Source: Candidatus Woesearchaeota archaeon (GTDB taxonomy: Archaea > Nanobdellota > Nanobdellia > SCGC-AAA011-G17 > JACPIM01). From it: DNA of 64,000 nucleotides. Positions 45,701 to 54,556 of this stretch are shown here, piece by piece. Numbering within the stretch: position 1 is the first letter of the stretch; each line of letters begins with the position of its first letter. Where the stretch lies: NCBI GenBank assembly GCA_964513145.1, contig CAZELK010000002.1, forward strand, positions 1 to 64,000, in the 5' to 3' direction. The notes below the pieces were generated by a model. It ran no database searches. It was not told the origin of the DNA and saw only the letters and a program-made list of their open reading frames with translations. The position numbers and the translations under genes were made by a program.

Positions 45701-46419
45701 ATCAAATCATATTTTGTGCTTGCAGCTCCAGTTCTTAGTAAAATAGGAACTTCTTTTACAACTCCATTTACTCGTACTTTGCTTCCTGGGGTGGTTTTTC
45801 TTTCCATTATAGGCTCAACTAAATCTTCCTTTAAAAATATACTGAGTCTTTTTGGCTGTTCACCGCCTTGCAAACTATCAGGGCTTTCTTCAAGAACAAG
45901 TCTTTGTGCATCAACTAATTCTTTGCTCAATAATCTGAATCTCCCTTTTTTTCCACAAGTACATCTATAGGGTTCTTTAAATTTAGCATCTAATTGTAAA
46001 ATAGAAATTGAATTTCCACAACTAGGGCATTCAAACTTTGCGCTTGTAACTTGTGGTCTTACATCCGAAGCTTGTCTTACTATCCCTTCAATAATTAAAA
46101 ATTGTCCTAAGTGTTCGCTTCTTACATCTTTAATTTTTATTTTTTGGTTTACAGGCAAATTAAAAAATCTAATTCTTAAATACCTGTCAATTTCAAAATT
46201 TTCTAATGATAACTCAAAAGCCTTGATAGTTTCTTCAGGCTCATCCAATAATTGGTCAGCCAATTGGTGATCGTATTCTGCAAGCTTGGAGAAATCAATA
46301 AGTAAAAATTTTTTTCCAGTTAAAATAGCCTGGTTAATTTGATCTCTATAATTCTGATCTATAAAATCATTAAACTTCTCTACTTGCTCAATAACATCAT
46401 TCACCAAATCTTCCCCCAA
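42769..46419 (-). CDS. mcm: MCM replicative helicase with one intein (675-aa extein)
   Basis: Zinc finger, GDPGSSK|S Walker A, LDELDKM, AAANP, RFD, ARQLEALIRLSEA. Confidence 0.97.
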   Translation of the reverse strand: MGEDLVNDVIEQVEKFNDFIDQNYRDQINQAILTGKKFLLIDFSKLAEYDHQLADQLLDEPEETIKAFELSLENFEIDRYLRIRFFNLPVNQKIKIKDVRSEHLGQFLIIEGIVRQASDVRPQVTSAKFECPSCGNSISILQLDAKFKEPYRCTCGKKGRFRLLSKELVDAQRLVLEESPDSLQGGEQPKRLSIFLKEDLVEPIMERKTTPGSKVRVNGVVKEVPILLRTGAASTKYDLMMDSNFIEPLEETFEELIIDKEEEEKIISLSKNPKIYDKFIGSIAPSIYGHADIKEALSLQLMGGVRKERKDGTWNRGDIHILLVGDPGSSKCVKGDTKVILKDGSIKEIKYLVDENLNNFEKCDDGVFNKTNFSLSSLGFDYRNYTGLCNAVWKRKAPEFLYKIITETGNEITVSPTHPMFLTENGIVFSKRSEELKKGDFIASPRNLKLNTEFQKIDFDIERTSAHNGTHIKIPKFCSPELARLLGYLTSETYMNYEETTGRTAFTNEDKILLDDYSFLVKKIFNIEPRFKKPRKGKIASELDVSSIEFLRFFEKIEPSLIMRAKHKQVPKIIQKSPNSIVKEFLKSYFDGEATVVEDKREVKVSSASKDLIYDLKTLLLRFNIISQTHKTIACATNTKAKIKRPYWILTVSGKEVLKYSSKIGFNSSEKQRKLINSINNPDQTYNTNIDVIPGLPKILKSVRKKLKLTQFEFGIPRTTYQHFERGDRNPSRNSLRKILTAVSERYSYLISVLKKQEFDSKSLREDLYTSQATLANSVNCSQTLISHYELEKIRPVQQSYINESLLSLIKGIVNDFALKQGILRLYYLAYSSIFWDKIQSVEKIKSEEEFVYDLTVDKVHNFVANNFYCHNSSLLMYMSKVAPKARYVSGKSASAAGLTGAIVKDEFLKGWALEGGAMALANGGAIFLDELDKMDEDDTSALHEGLEQQQISFSKANIQATLLTRVSALAAANPKLGRFDPYQPIAAQINLPPALINRFDLIFPMRDIPDEKLDAKIATHILDVHGNTGNMEPDIEPSLLRKYVSYAKNKVFPKLSDVAKDEIRNFYVSIRNSGSSKDDVKPIPISARQLEALIRLSEASAKIRLSNKITKDDAKRAIRILKKCLYQVGIDPQTGKLDVDVLATGITTSQRNKIIVVREVIYEFDKNGIKTIPVNDIISVCREKGLEESVIDEVLEKMKREGEIFQPKVGFISKI
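43804..45426 (-). mobile_element. MCM intein (541 aa; LAGLIDADG-type with two XRE-like HTHs)
   Basis: GSSK|CVKGDT...YCHN|SSLL. Confidence 0.93.
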
Positions 46420-46509
46420 TATATTAAATTACAATAGATAATTCACTTGTTTATATAATTTCTGTAAAGATTTTTATAATTACTGAAAATATTCCTAAGA
46501 AGTCGTAAA

Positions 46510-47442
46510 TTATTCAAATTCCTTTGCAAAACTTTCTAAATCCATAAAATTCATTAGTGTGTCTCCTTTAGAAGATATAGACTCGAAAAACAACAAGCTG
46601 GCATAATTTTTACTTAGTTTCTTCATCCATTTTCTTCCTATGCCAAAAGCTACAGAATGACCGACTAATTCATTTGCCAGCCTGTCTTCTAATAAAGGGT
46701 ATCTTTCCATATAATTTTTTAAATCTAAAGAATGTTTTTTAAATTCTTTTCCTGCATCAGTTAGTATCCAGTCTAAACCCTTTCCAGTTTTCTTTTGAAC
46801 ATTTGAAATTATATTTTTTACAAAATAATATACTATGACTGCAAAAATTAGTAAAGGTAATGTAAAAAAAGCTATTTGTGGAATAAATATAGATATTATA
46901 AAAAGAAAAATTAGTGATGCTATTATTGCCCATTTCGGGATTATTTTTATATTTTCAATATTTATTGGTTTATTGGAATTTTTAATTGAATATTTATCAT
47001 AAGATTTAACTTTTAAATCAACTTTTAAACCCCTATGCTTATCAGAGAATTCTTTAATTGCATCTTTTATATGTTTTGTCATTTTTTTCTGGAAATCTTT
47101 ATCAACAACGCCTTCAGTTATCATGCCATTTGTTATTATTTTTATTAATTCCTTGAATTTGGTACTATAGGCTATAATCCCCATTTCATCAAAAGTTAGT
47201 GATTCTTTACTGCCAAAAATTATTTTTATAAATTTATTTTCAAAATCTTTGGCTGGTTTTTTGTTTGTCATGATAATATGTTTGCCAACAACATTTAGAT
47301 TTCCTTTTACAATAAGATCCAGAATTGTGGCAGTAATTTCTCTGGGTCCAATAGACCAATCTACCAATACGCCAGAAAACCCAGGAGGAATTTTACTTAA
47401 TTTGTGAAAATTTAAATTTGATATATCATGAGAATCAGTCAT
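46510..47442 (-). CDS. Membrane protein (DUF2207-like)
   Basis: PPG..G.LVD, ITATILDLIVKG, two TM helices, AFGIGRKW. Confidence 0.6.
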   Translation of the reverse strand: MTDSHDISNLNFHKLSKIPPGFSGVLVDWSIGPREITATILDLIVKGNLNVVGKHIIMTNKKPAKDFENKFIKIIFGSKESLTFDEMGIIAYSTKFKELIKIITNGMITEGVVDKDFQKKMTKHIKDAIKEFSDKHRGLKVDLKVKSYDKYSIKNSNKPINIENIKIIPKWAIIASLIFLFIISIFIPQIAFFTLPLLIFAVIVYYFVKNIISNVQKKTGKGLDWILTDAGKEFKKHSLDLKNYMERYPLLEDRLANELVGHSVAFGIGRKWMKKLSKNYASLLFFESISSKGDTLMNFMDLESFAKEFE

Positions 47443-47455
47443 TTAATTTATATAT

Positions 47456-48013
47456 TTATTTTTTCTTGACAATTTTATTCAGATTTTTAACAAGCATGTC
47501 TACTGCTTCTCTTAATTTACCTTCGCTTCTTGTTCCTGTACAAACAATTTTTCCATTGCTAAATAATAAAAAAGTAGCCCTAGTTCCTTCCAATTTATAA
47601 ACCAAGCCAGGAAACTGCTCTGGTTCATATTCAGTGTTTTCTAAATCCAAAGCCAAAGAATTTAAATTTAAATCCATGTGAATGCTTCCAGAAGCAACCA
47701 TGTTCTGGACTTTAATTTGTGGAAAAGTTGTTATTCTTATTTTTATCTTTTCTATATTTTTAATAATAGCCTGGACAGCTAATTTAACCTTAGCCATTGA
47801 CTTTGCGCCTGTACAGACTATTTTTCCTGAACTAAAAATCAAGGCAGAAGTCTTAGGTTCTTTAATCCTCATTACCAATCCTGGAAATTGCTCAGGATTA
47901 TATTCTGTATTAGGCAATGCCTCTGCTAATTTTATTAATGGGATATCATGCCCCAAAGAAGCTGAAGCCACTATATTCTGTATTTTTATTTCTTTTTTAG
48001 CCATTTTATTCAT
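47456..48013 (-). CDS. tbp: TATA-binding protein
   Basis: Two repeats: QNIVAS/QNMVAS, Y(N/E)PEQFPGLV, L(I/L)FS(S/N)GKIVCTG. Confidence 0.98.
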   Translation of the reverse strand: MNKMAKKEIKIQNIVASASLGHDIPLIKLAEALPNTEYNPEQFPGLVMRIKEPKTSALIFSSGKIVCTGAKSMAKVKLAVQAIIKNIEKIKIRITTFPQIKVQNMVASGSIHMDLNLNSLALDLENTEYEPEQFPGLVYKLEGTRATFLLFSNGKIVCTGTRSEGKLREAVDMLVKNLNKIVKKK

Positions 48014-48061
48014 TTATAAATAGCTGAAAAGATTTATAAACCTTCGCCAAAAAAATAACTT

Positions 48062-49417
48062 CTATAACCTCTTTATAACTGGTTCTTTTTTAGTATCCTC
48101 AATAATATAGCCTTCCCTTTTAATCAAGTCTCTTAATCTGTCAGATTCTTTGAAATTTTTTTTCTTTCTAGCTTCTTCTCTTTTTTTAACCAGTTCTTTG
48201 ATTTCTCTCGGAATTTCTAGTTTCTCAAAATCCAAAAACCCAAAAAAAGTATTTATTTCTTCAAAGAATTTTAGGACTTTTTTGCCTCCAGAATTAATTT
48301 TGTTCAAATCCCTAATTAAGTTAAAAACAACAGCCAAGGCATTGGGTGTATCTAAATCATCATCCATAAATTTAAAAAATTCTTTTTTATATTTTAACAA
48401 AAGTTTGTTTGATTCTTTTGTATCTTTTCCATTCTTTAATTTCAAAATAAAATCCTGAATTCTTTGTAGGGAATTTTTAGCATCATTCATCAATTCTTCA
48501 GAATATTCAATTGAAGATCTGTAATTATGTGATAAATAAAAGTATCTTATTAATTTGAAATCATATTTTCCTAAAAAATCTCTCAAAGAAATAATATTGC
48601 CCAAAGATTTGGACATTTTACTTTTTTTCATATTTAAAAAAGCAGTATGTACCCAGTACTTAACCAAGGGTTTTCCAGAAATAGCTTCCATCTGTGAAAT
48701 TTCTGCTTCATGGTGCGGGAAAATTAAATCAACAGCCCCACCATGCATATCATATTGTGCGCCAAAAAAACTCTCAGTTATTGCAGTATCTTCTATATGC
48801 CAGCCAGGTCTTCCTTTAAAATTATCCATTTCCCAATATGGTTCATTTTCTTTCTTAAATTTCCATAAACAAAAATCCGCTTTATTTCTTTTTTCAGAAT
48901 TTTCATCTATTCTCGAAACTCCATCCTCAGCTTCTTGAATTGTTCTTCTTGCTAATTTTCCATAATCTTTAAATTTAGTGACATCAAAGTAATATCCATC
49001 AGAAATCTTGTAAGCGTATCCATTTTCAATTAATCTTTTTACTTGTGACACAATTTGAGAAATATAGTTAGTCGCACTAGCATATTTAGTTACAGAATCT
49101 ATATTTAGTTTTTTTATATCTTCAAAATAGGCTTTCTCATATTTTTCAGACAGTTGTTTCCAAGTTAGTTTTTCTTCCTTTGCTTTACTAATTATTTTAT
49201 CATCTATATCGGTAATATTCTGCAGATAAAAGACATTATATTTTTTAAATCTTAAATATTTAACAATAAAATCAAATTGAGTATAAGTTTTTGCATTACC
49301 AATATGAATATAAGAATAAGTTGTTGGACCGCATACAAACATATTTATTTTTTTTCCATACAGTGGCTTAAAAACTTCTTTTTTTCTTGTTAAAGTGTTA
49401 AATAATTTTAAGACCAT
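48062..49417 (-). CDS. cysS: Cysteinyl-tRNA synthetase
   Basis: CGPT, HIGN, GRPGWHIE, DLIFPHHE, KMSKS. Confidence 0.97.
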   Translation of the reverse strand: MVLKLFNTLTRKKEVFKPLYGKKINMFVCGPTTYSYIHIGNAKTYTQFDFIVKYLRFKKYNVFYLQNITDIDDKIISKAKEEKLTWKQLSEKYEKAYFEDIKKLNIDSVTKYASATNYISQIVSQVKRLIENGYAYKISDGYYFDVTKFKDYGKLARRTIQEAEDGVSRIDENSEKRNKADFCLWKFKKENEPYWEMDNFKGRPGWHIEDTAITESFFGAQYDMHGGAVDLIFPHHEAEISQMEAISGKPLVKYWVHTAFLNMKKSKMSKSLGNIISLRDFLGKYDFKLIRYFYLSHNYRSSIEYSEELMNDAKNSLQRIQDFILKLKNGKDTKESNKLLLKYKKEFFKFMDDDLDTPNALAVVFNLIRDLNKINSGGKKVLKFFEEINTFFGFLDFEKLEIPREIKELVKKREEARKKKNFKESDRLRDLIKREGYIIEDTKKEPVIKRL

Positions 49418-49451
49418 AAGAATAAAACCAATTACTTATTTATATTATTTT

Positions 49452-49991
49452 TTAATTAAAAAGACCCTGGTTTTTTACTACAGTAACAACCAAAGATTCA
49501 GAATTATCCCCTTTGATTGTAGGAACATCAATATTACATACTTTTACGCCCAAAGCTCCGCCCTTGTCCTTGACAATTAATTTTATGTCAACTTGTTTTC
49601 CAGATTGAAGCGGATATTCTTTGGATTCTGTTTTTAATGTATCAGCAAATAAGCATTCTAAGGTTTTGTCAGAACTAGTTACTCTAGCTTTGACATTTAA
49701 AGTAGTTTCTTCAAAATCAGTAACTATAAATTGCACAATTTGCGAAGATTCTTGTTCTAATTCAATAGATGGGGGGGAAACATATACTGTTTTGTCAACT
49801 TCCTTGAAAATGTCAGATATAGCCCCGTCAGCCTTTTCAAAAGCCCCTTGCGAGAGTCTGTTTATATTCTTAAAAGTCCCCCTAACCCAGATCAAGCCCA
49901 AACTCAATAAAGTAATACCTAAAATAATAACAATAATAGTAGTCATAGAAAGTTCTATTGCCCCTTTTTTTTGAAAACTCTTTTTTCGCAT
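49452..49991 (-). CDS. Type IV pilin-like protein with class III signal peptide
   Basis: KKG|AIELSMTTIIVIILGITLL. Confidence 0.75.
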   Translation of the reverse strand: MRKKSFQKKGAIELSMTTIIVIILGITLLSLGLIWVRGTFKNINRLSQGAFEKADGAISDIFKEVDKTVYVSPPSIELEQESSQIVQFIVTDFEETTLNVKARVTSSDKTLECLFADTLKTESKEYPLQSGKQVDIKLIVKDKGGALGVKVCNIDVPTIKGDNSESLVVTVVKNQGLFN

Positions 49992-50099
49992 CTATTTATT
50001 GATAACTTAATATATTAATAAAGTTTTCTTTCAAAATTGATTTTGTTTATTGTAAGTTTTTGACTAGACTTGAAACATTTTCTTTTGAAGAAAAGCTTA

Positions 50100-50223
50100 T
50101 GGGCCCGGAGTGATTTGAACACCCGACATATACGGCTTCAGCGTATTGCTCTCCTTAGCCACTCTTCTTAGTTTTTTTGATTAAACTTTTTTCTAAAAAG
50201 TTTACAGGCTGAGCTACGGGCCC
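50100..50223 (-). tRNA. tRNA-Phe(GAA) with a 50-nt D-loop intron (50155-50204, position 18/19)
   Basis: Splicing restores GCTCAGCCTGGGAGAGC; anticodon arm ATACG-CTGAAGC-CGTAT; T arm GGGTG-TTCAAAT-CACTC; BHB central helix AGCC/GGCT with bulges TGT and AAG. Confidence 0.93.
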
Positions 50224-50281
50224 GAAAAGAAAAATTAGAAGAAGGTATTTAAAGATTTCCAAGAAGGTAACGTAAAATTTA

Positions 50282-50300
50282 TATAGTATTTTATACTATA
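50282..50300. promoter_or_regulatory. Palindrome TATAGTA-TTTTA-TACTATA upstream of a toxin-like gene
   Basis: Perfect 7-bp arms. Confidence 0.5.
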
Positions 50301-50309
50301 AAATATTGA

Positions 50310-50519
50310 ATGGTTCACTTCAAAGAGATAAAGGCAACAGAACACTATAAAAATGAACATGAAAGAGAAGTTCCATTTGACAAAGTTATTGAAATAATCT
50401 TGTCTACAAAAAACCCAAGGAAAAAAGAAGATAAATTTGAAATTGAAAAAGAAGGTTACTATATATTGTTTGAAATACAAAACAATATTTTATATGTAAT
50501 AAATGCCAAAAAAACTTAG
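50310..50519 (+). CDS. Putative BrnT/RelE-like toxin
   Basis: 69 aa, HEREVPFDKVIEII...LYVINAKK; paired with the downstream gene. Confidence 0.5.
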   Translation: MVHFKEIKATEHYKNEHEREVPFDKVIEIILSTKNPRKKEDKFEIEKEGYYILFEIQNNILYVINAKKT

Positions 50520-50529
50520 GAGAGTAAAA

Positions 50530-50844
50530 ATGAAATGTCCAAATTGTAGTTCGGAATTAAAAAAGGTAAAGGTAAAGGTAGAGAGAGCTAAAAATCCAGT
50601 CATAAGCCATCAATGTACTAATTGTGATTATTTTGAATTTGAAGAAGAATCATCAAAAAGAGTTATAGAAGAATTAAGAGAAAGTCCTCTAAAAATAAAA
50701 CAAAAAATTGTAAAAATATCACAAGATAAATTAGGAATCTATTTTAATAGTAACATTATAAGAAGTTTAGAATTAAAAAAGGGTGAAGAGATTTATATTT
50801 CTGTTCCCGATAAAAAGCATATTGTTTTAGAATTAAAAAAATAA
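50530..50844 (+). CDS. Zinc ribbon plus AbrB-like protein (putative antitoxin)
   Basis: MKCPNC...CTNC; KIVKISQDKLGIYF...LKKGEEIYI. Confidence 0.65.
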   Translation: MKCPNCSSELKKVKVKVERAKNPVISHQCTNCDYFEFEEESSKRVIEELRESPLKIKQKIVKISQDKLGIYFNSNIIRSLELKKGEEIYISVPDKKHIVLELKK

Positions 50845-50961
50845 TCTAAAGGTATTCCCTGTAGTATAATCAATTTTAGTTCTCCATGATAGCTTTTTTA
50901 AGATTATTATTTAATTAATTTTTTAGTGAAGTTTTCCGTTAATGCTTTTCGCAAAATGGTT

Positions 50962-51999
50962 CTATTTCGTCAATACTCGTTTAGTTCTAAATTTACTTTT
51001 AGGTCTGGAATTCAGCATTTTATCTTGTTCTTTTATTTTAACAAAATTCCACTTCCAAACATCTTCGTCCCTTACAAAAATTATAACCCTGCTTATTTTA
51101 TCTTTTAATTTGGGAATATAACCTGTTTTATCCCCTATAACTTTTCCATACTCCTCTATATCTTTCATTGTAGGCATGTTACTTAGTTTGAGTCTTTTTT
51201 TACTTTCTCCTAGCCAGGAATACCCTTTTAATTGCACAAATTTTGGTTTGTAAATATTAATTAAATCAGAAAATTCAGAGGCATTATGATCATTCAAACC
51301 TTTTGTAATTGTAGTTCTCATTATAGTTCTTGAGTGTTTAAATTCTTTCATTAAACTTAAACTTTCTTTAACTTTTTCAAAAGCATTTGGAATCATGGAA
51401 TTTGTAATTTTTTTATAATCTTCTTCATTCGTAGCATAAACACTAATGCTTAAATTATTCGGTTCAGCATCTTTGTCCAACATTTCTTTAATTCTGTTTG
51501 GCATTGTTCCATTTGTAACAATAAAAACAGTCATCTTTCTATTTTTTATTTCTTTAATTAAATCTGCAATTTTTGGATAAAGTGTTGGTTCTCCGTCTAA
51601 TGAAATTGCAACATGATGTGGATCCATTGCCTGAGCAAAATTTTCTTTAGTAACTATTCCGCCAAAACCAGATAATAAATTTCTTTGTGCACCAATTATT
51701 CCATCAACAATTTCTTCAGGCTCATCCCATTTATTTTCTGACTTAAATCTGTCTTTGCCAAATTTACGCCAACAAAATGTGCAGGAAAAATCACAAAAAT
51801 CCATTGAGCTGGTCATTTGGACACAGCGGTGAGATTTAATACCGTAAATAGATTTGTAACAGTTATGGTCATTTTTAATTTTAGATTTAGTCCAGCGACA
51901 TAACTGAACAGCAGTATGTTTATTCTTGCCTACAAATCTATATCCTGCTTTCTCATACTTTTTCTGTTCGTCGTTCGATAATTTTACAAATTCTTGCAT
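50962..51999 (-). CDS. taw1: Radical SAM 4-demethylwyosine synthase (TYW1/Taw1)
   Basis: KHTAVQLCRWT, YGIKSHRCVQM, CDFSCTFCWR, ISLDGEPTLY, VTNGT. Confidence 0.92.
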   Translation of the reverse strand: MQEFVKLSNDEQKKYEKAGYRFVGKNKHTAVQLCRWTKSKIKNDHNCYKSIYGIKSHRCVQMTSSMDFCDFSCTFCWRKFGKDRFKSENKWDEPEEIVDGIIGAQRNLLSGFGGIVTKENFAQAMDPHHVAISLDGEPTLYPKIADLIKEIKNRKMTVFIVTNGTMPNRIKEMLDKDAEPNNLSISVYATNEEDYKKITNSMIPNAFEKVKESLSLMKEFKHSRTIMRTTITKGLNDHNASEFSDLINIYKPKFVQLKGYSWLGESKKRLKLSNMPTMKDIEEYGKVIGDKTGYIPKLKDKISRVIIFVRDEDVWKWNFVKIKEQDKMLNSRPKSKFRTKRVLTK

Positions 52000-52041
52000 A
52001 ATAGATTTAAGAAAGAGACATTTATAAAGACAACTTACAAT

Positions 52042-52355
52042 TTATCTTGTTCTTCTTCTAAAAAAGAAATTTCTATATCCAGTAGAGAAATTTGTTATAG
52101 CTCTTTCATTAGTTATATCAACTTCTGGCAAACCATATTGTCTTAATATTGGGTTAACTTCATCAAATATAATTTTGGCCAAACCTTCTCTTCTTTTTTT
52201 ACTATTTCTGATAAGGTCTTTGCTCTTTCTATAGCTTGATTTCTATCAATTAATGAAGTAACATAGGCTTCTATAGATTCACTAGCTGTATCTGAAAATT
52301 CTAATGGTACCTTAGTATTTCTTCCAAAAATTTCTTCATAATTATGTATTAACAT
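52042..52355 (-). pseudogene. Apparently frameshifted hypothetical gene
   Basis: Reading continues as KIIFDEVNPILRQYGLPEVDIT in the -1 frame from the A-run at 52173-52176. Confidence 0.4.
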
Positions 52356-52392
52356 AAACTTTCTAAAAATTTTTATTTTATAAATGTTACTA

Positions 52393-52793
52393 TTATTTTG
52401 TAGCTAAATAATGAGTTAGATACCCTACCCAATCACCTATTACAGATCTATCCCTTATAGTTTCAGGATCTAAACTGTAAATTCCACCAACAGGTATTTC
52501 TTTATATAATTTAAACAAATATCTATTGAAAGCATATAATTTACTTATTAGAGCCTCATGAATTATTTTTCTATTTTGTCTAACTCTTCTATTCTATTAA
52601 CTACATCCCATTCTTCTCTATATTTTATTAATTGAATTCTTCTTTCCATACTTGAAACAAATTCCACGTATCTTTTACAACTGTCTACAAGATCATCTAA
52701 AAGTTCTAATCCTAATTTATCATTATGATCAATAAGAAATTTATGAATTAATTCATATCTCCAGCCAGCTTTTTCAACCTCTTCTTCTGACAT
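52393..52793 (-). pseudogene. Frameshifted DUF3232-like gene
   Basis: After DKIEK* the -1 frame continues IIHEALISKLYAFNRYLFK...PVGGIY...IGDWVG; family call from recall. Confidence 0.55.
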
Positions 52794-52835
52794 TAATTTA
52801 TTAAACATAGAAAACATTATAAATATTTTTAACTA

Positions 52836-54359
52836 ATGTCATTTATAATGGAAAATTATGATGCTATATTTGTATTCCCTAAGTTATGGGAAAAAGAATT
52901 TAATCCACCTAATCAGCCGCCTTATGGTTTGTTAATGTGCTCTGACTTATTATTAAAAAAAGGATACAATGTTTTAGTTTATGATGAAAGATTGGAAAGC
53001 CTGGGTGTAAAAAGCAGGTCAGAATTAGTTCAGGCTGTAAAGCACAGCAAGCCTTTATTTTTTGGAATATCTTCGCAATCAGGTCCAATGATTGAAAATG
53101 GTCTGTTAAATTCAAAATTCTTTAAACATGAATGTCCAGATACTCCTGTAGTCTGGGGTGGTGTTCATCCAACATTATTGCCAGACCAGACAATCAAACA
53201 TCCATTAATTGATGCTGTAATAAAAGGAGAAGGAGAACTGCCTTGTTTGGGATTGGCTGAAAATTTAAAAAAAGGAAATAAAGATTTTTCAAAAATTGAT
53301 GGTTTATATTGGAAAGACAAAAATAAAAATATTAAAATAAATAAGCCTTGCCCAGGTGTTCCAGATTTAGATGAAATTAACATGAGGTGGGATTTAGTAA
53401 ATCCGCAGCATTATATAAGAGACATTGATGGAAAGAAATGGTTAGGGGTTATCACAAGCAGAGGATGTCCTTTTAGATGTGGTTTTTGTTATAACATATC
53501 TTTCTTTGGAATGAGAAAATTCCGTGGATGGAGTCCTAAAAAATCCATAGAAGAAATAAAAAAAGTTTTGGAATGGGGTGTTGATTTTATTAATTTTGAT
53601 GATGATTATATTTTCGGCGACCCACTAAGAATGTGGGGTATTTTAGATTTAAAAAAACAAGAAAATTTAAACTTCGAATGGAAAGCCCCGATAAGAGGCC
53701 ATCTATTAAGAGATGCATTAACAAAAAGACTCAAAGATGGTGGCTGTGCAAGTGTAACAATTGGTGCAGAAAGTGGAAGTGAAAAAGTTTTAGATTATAT
53801 GACAAAAGATTCTGGTCCAGACGCTTATTATATGGCTGCCAAGAATTTAAAAAGATACGATATTCAGGGGAATTTCAGTTGGATTTTAGGTTATCCCGGT
53901 GAAACACTAAAAGATGTTTACATAACTCTAAATGTAATTAAAGACTTGGAAGAAATAAATCCAGACACAGAGCATGTTATTAACATTTATGCACCTTATC
54001 CAGGCACGCCTAGTTTTGATCAGGCTATAGAACGTGGATTCGTGCCTCCACCATCATTAGAAGGATGGACTGATAATTTCCGTGAAGCTTGCAAAGAATT
54101 GTCATACATTGATGAAAAAAATAAAAAAATAATGGAAGCAATACGATGGGCTGGTATTTTCAGGACAATGTACAAAAGAAAGAGATTATATGCAAGCTGG
54201 ATTAGACCTATTGTAAATGTTTTGGGGACTATTTCTAATGTAAGATGGAACCATAATCTATATAGCCTGCCAATAGAGCAAAAATCAGTAATTCTGGGAA
54301 GAGAAGTTTTAAAAAGAATGACAAGAAAGAAAAACGAAGAAATTGAAAACTTCTGTTAG
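52836..54359 (+). CDS. B12-binding-domain radical SAM protein
   Basis: PPYGL, WGGVHPT, GEGE, SRGCPFRCGFC, GAESGS. Confidence 0.93.
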   Translation: MSFIMENYDAIFVFPKLWEKEFNPPNQPPYGLLMCSDLLLKKGYNVLVYDERLESLGVKSRSELVQAVKHSKPLFFGISSQSGPMIENGLLNSKFFKHECPDTPVVWGGVHPTLLPDQTIKHPLIDAVIKGEGELPCLGLAENLKKGNKDFSKIDGLYWKDKNKNIKINKPCPGVPDLDEINMRWDLVNPQHYIRDIDGKKWLGVITSRGCPFRCGFCYNISFFGMRKFRGWSPKKSIEEIKKVLEWGVDFINFDDDYIFGDPLRMWGILDLKKQENLNFEWKAPIRGHLLRDALTKRLKDGGCASVTIGAESGSEKVLDYMTKDSGPDAYYMAAKNLKRYDIQGNFSWILGYPGETLKDVYITLNVIKDLEEINPDTEHVINIYAPYPGTPSFDQAIERGFVPPPSLEGWTDNFREACKELSYIDEKNKKIMEAIRWAGIFRTMYKRKRLYASWIRPIVNVLGTISNVRWNHNLYSLPIEQKSVILGREVLKRMTRKKNEEIENFC

Positions 54360-54387
54360 AAACTTTTTTTAAAAGTTTCATCAAAAG
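54359..54387 (+). repeat. Free-standing copy of the palindromic element
   Basis: GAAACTTTT-TTT-AAAAGTTTC-ATCAAAAG. Confidence 0.75.
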
Positions 54388-54400
54388 CGAGATGTAGATT

Positions 54401-54556
54401 ATGGGGAACATCACTGTTAAAGCGAGTAATGGAAAAGTAGGACATAAATTGAAAAAGTTAAAAGAACACGGGCTTTATTTATGTTTAACTTGTGGTGAAA
54501 TAGTTAAATCTGACGGAAATTTATTAGAAGGAAATGAATTTCATGGCGTGAATTAA
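54401..54556 (+). CDS. Small protein with CxxC (51 aa, not in ORF track)
   Basis: MGNITVKASNGKVGHKLKKLKEHGLYLCLTCGEIV... Confidence 0.45.
   Translation: MGNITVKASNGKVGHKLKKLKEHGLYLCLTCGEIVKSDGNLLEGNEFHGVN

Noticed and set aside
34370-50223. Identical acceptor stems in tRNA-Ile and tRNA-Phe as evidence of anticodon recruitment or split tRNAs
   Set aside because: The anticodon arms, T arms and D-loops differ and each fits its own isotype; both genes are contiguous.
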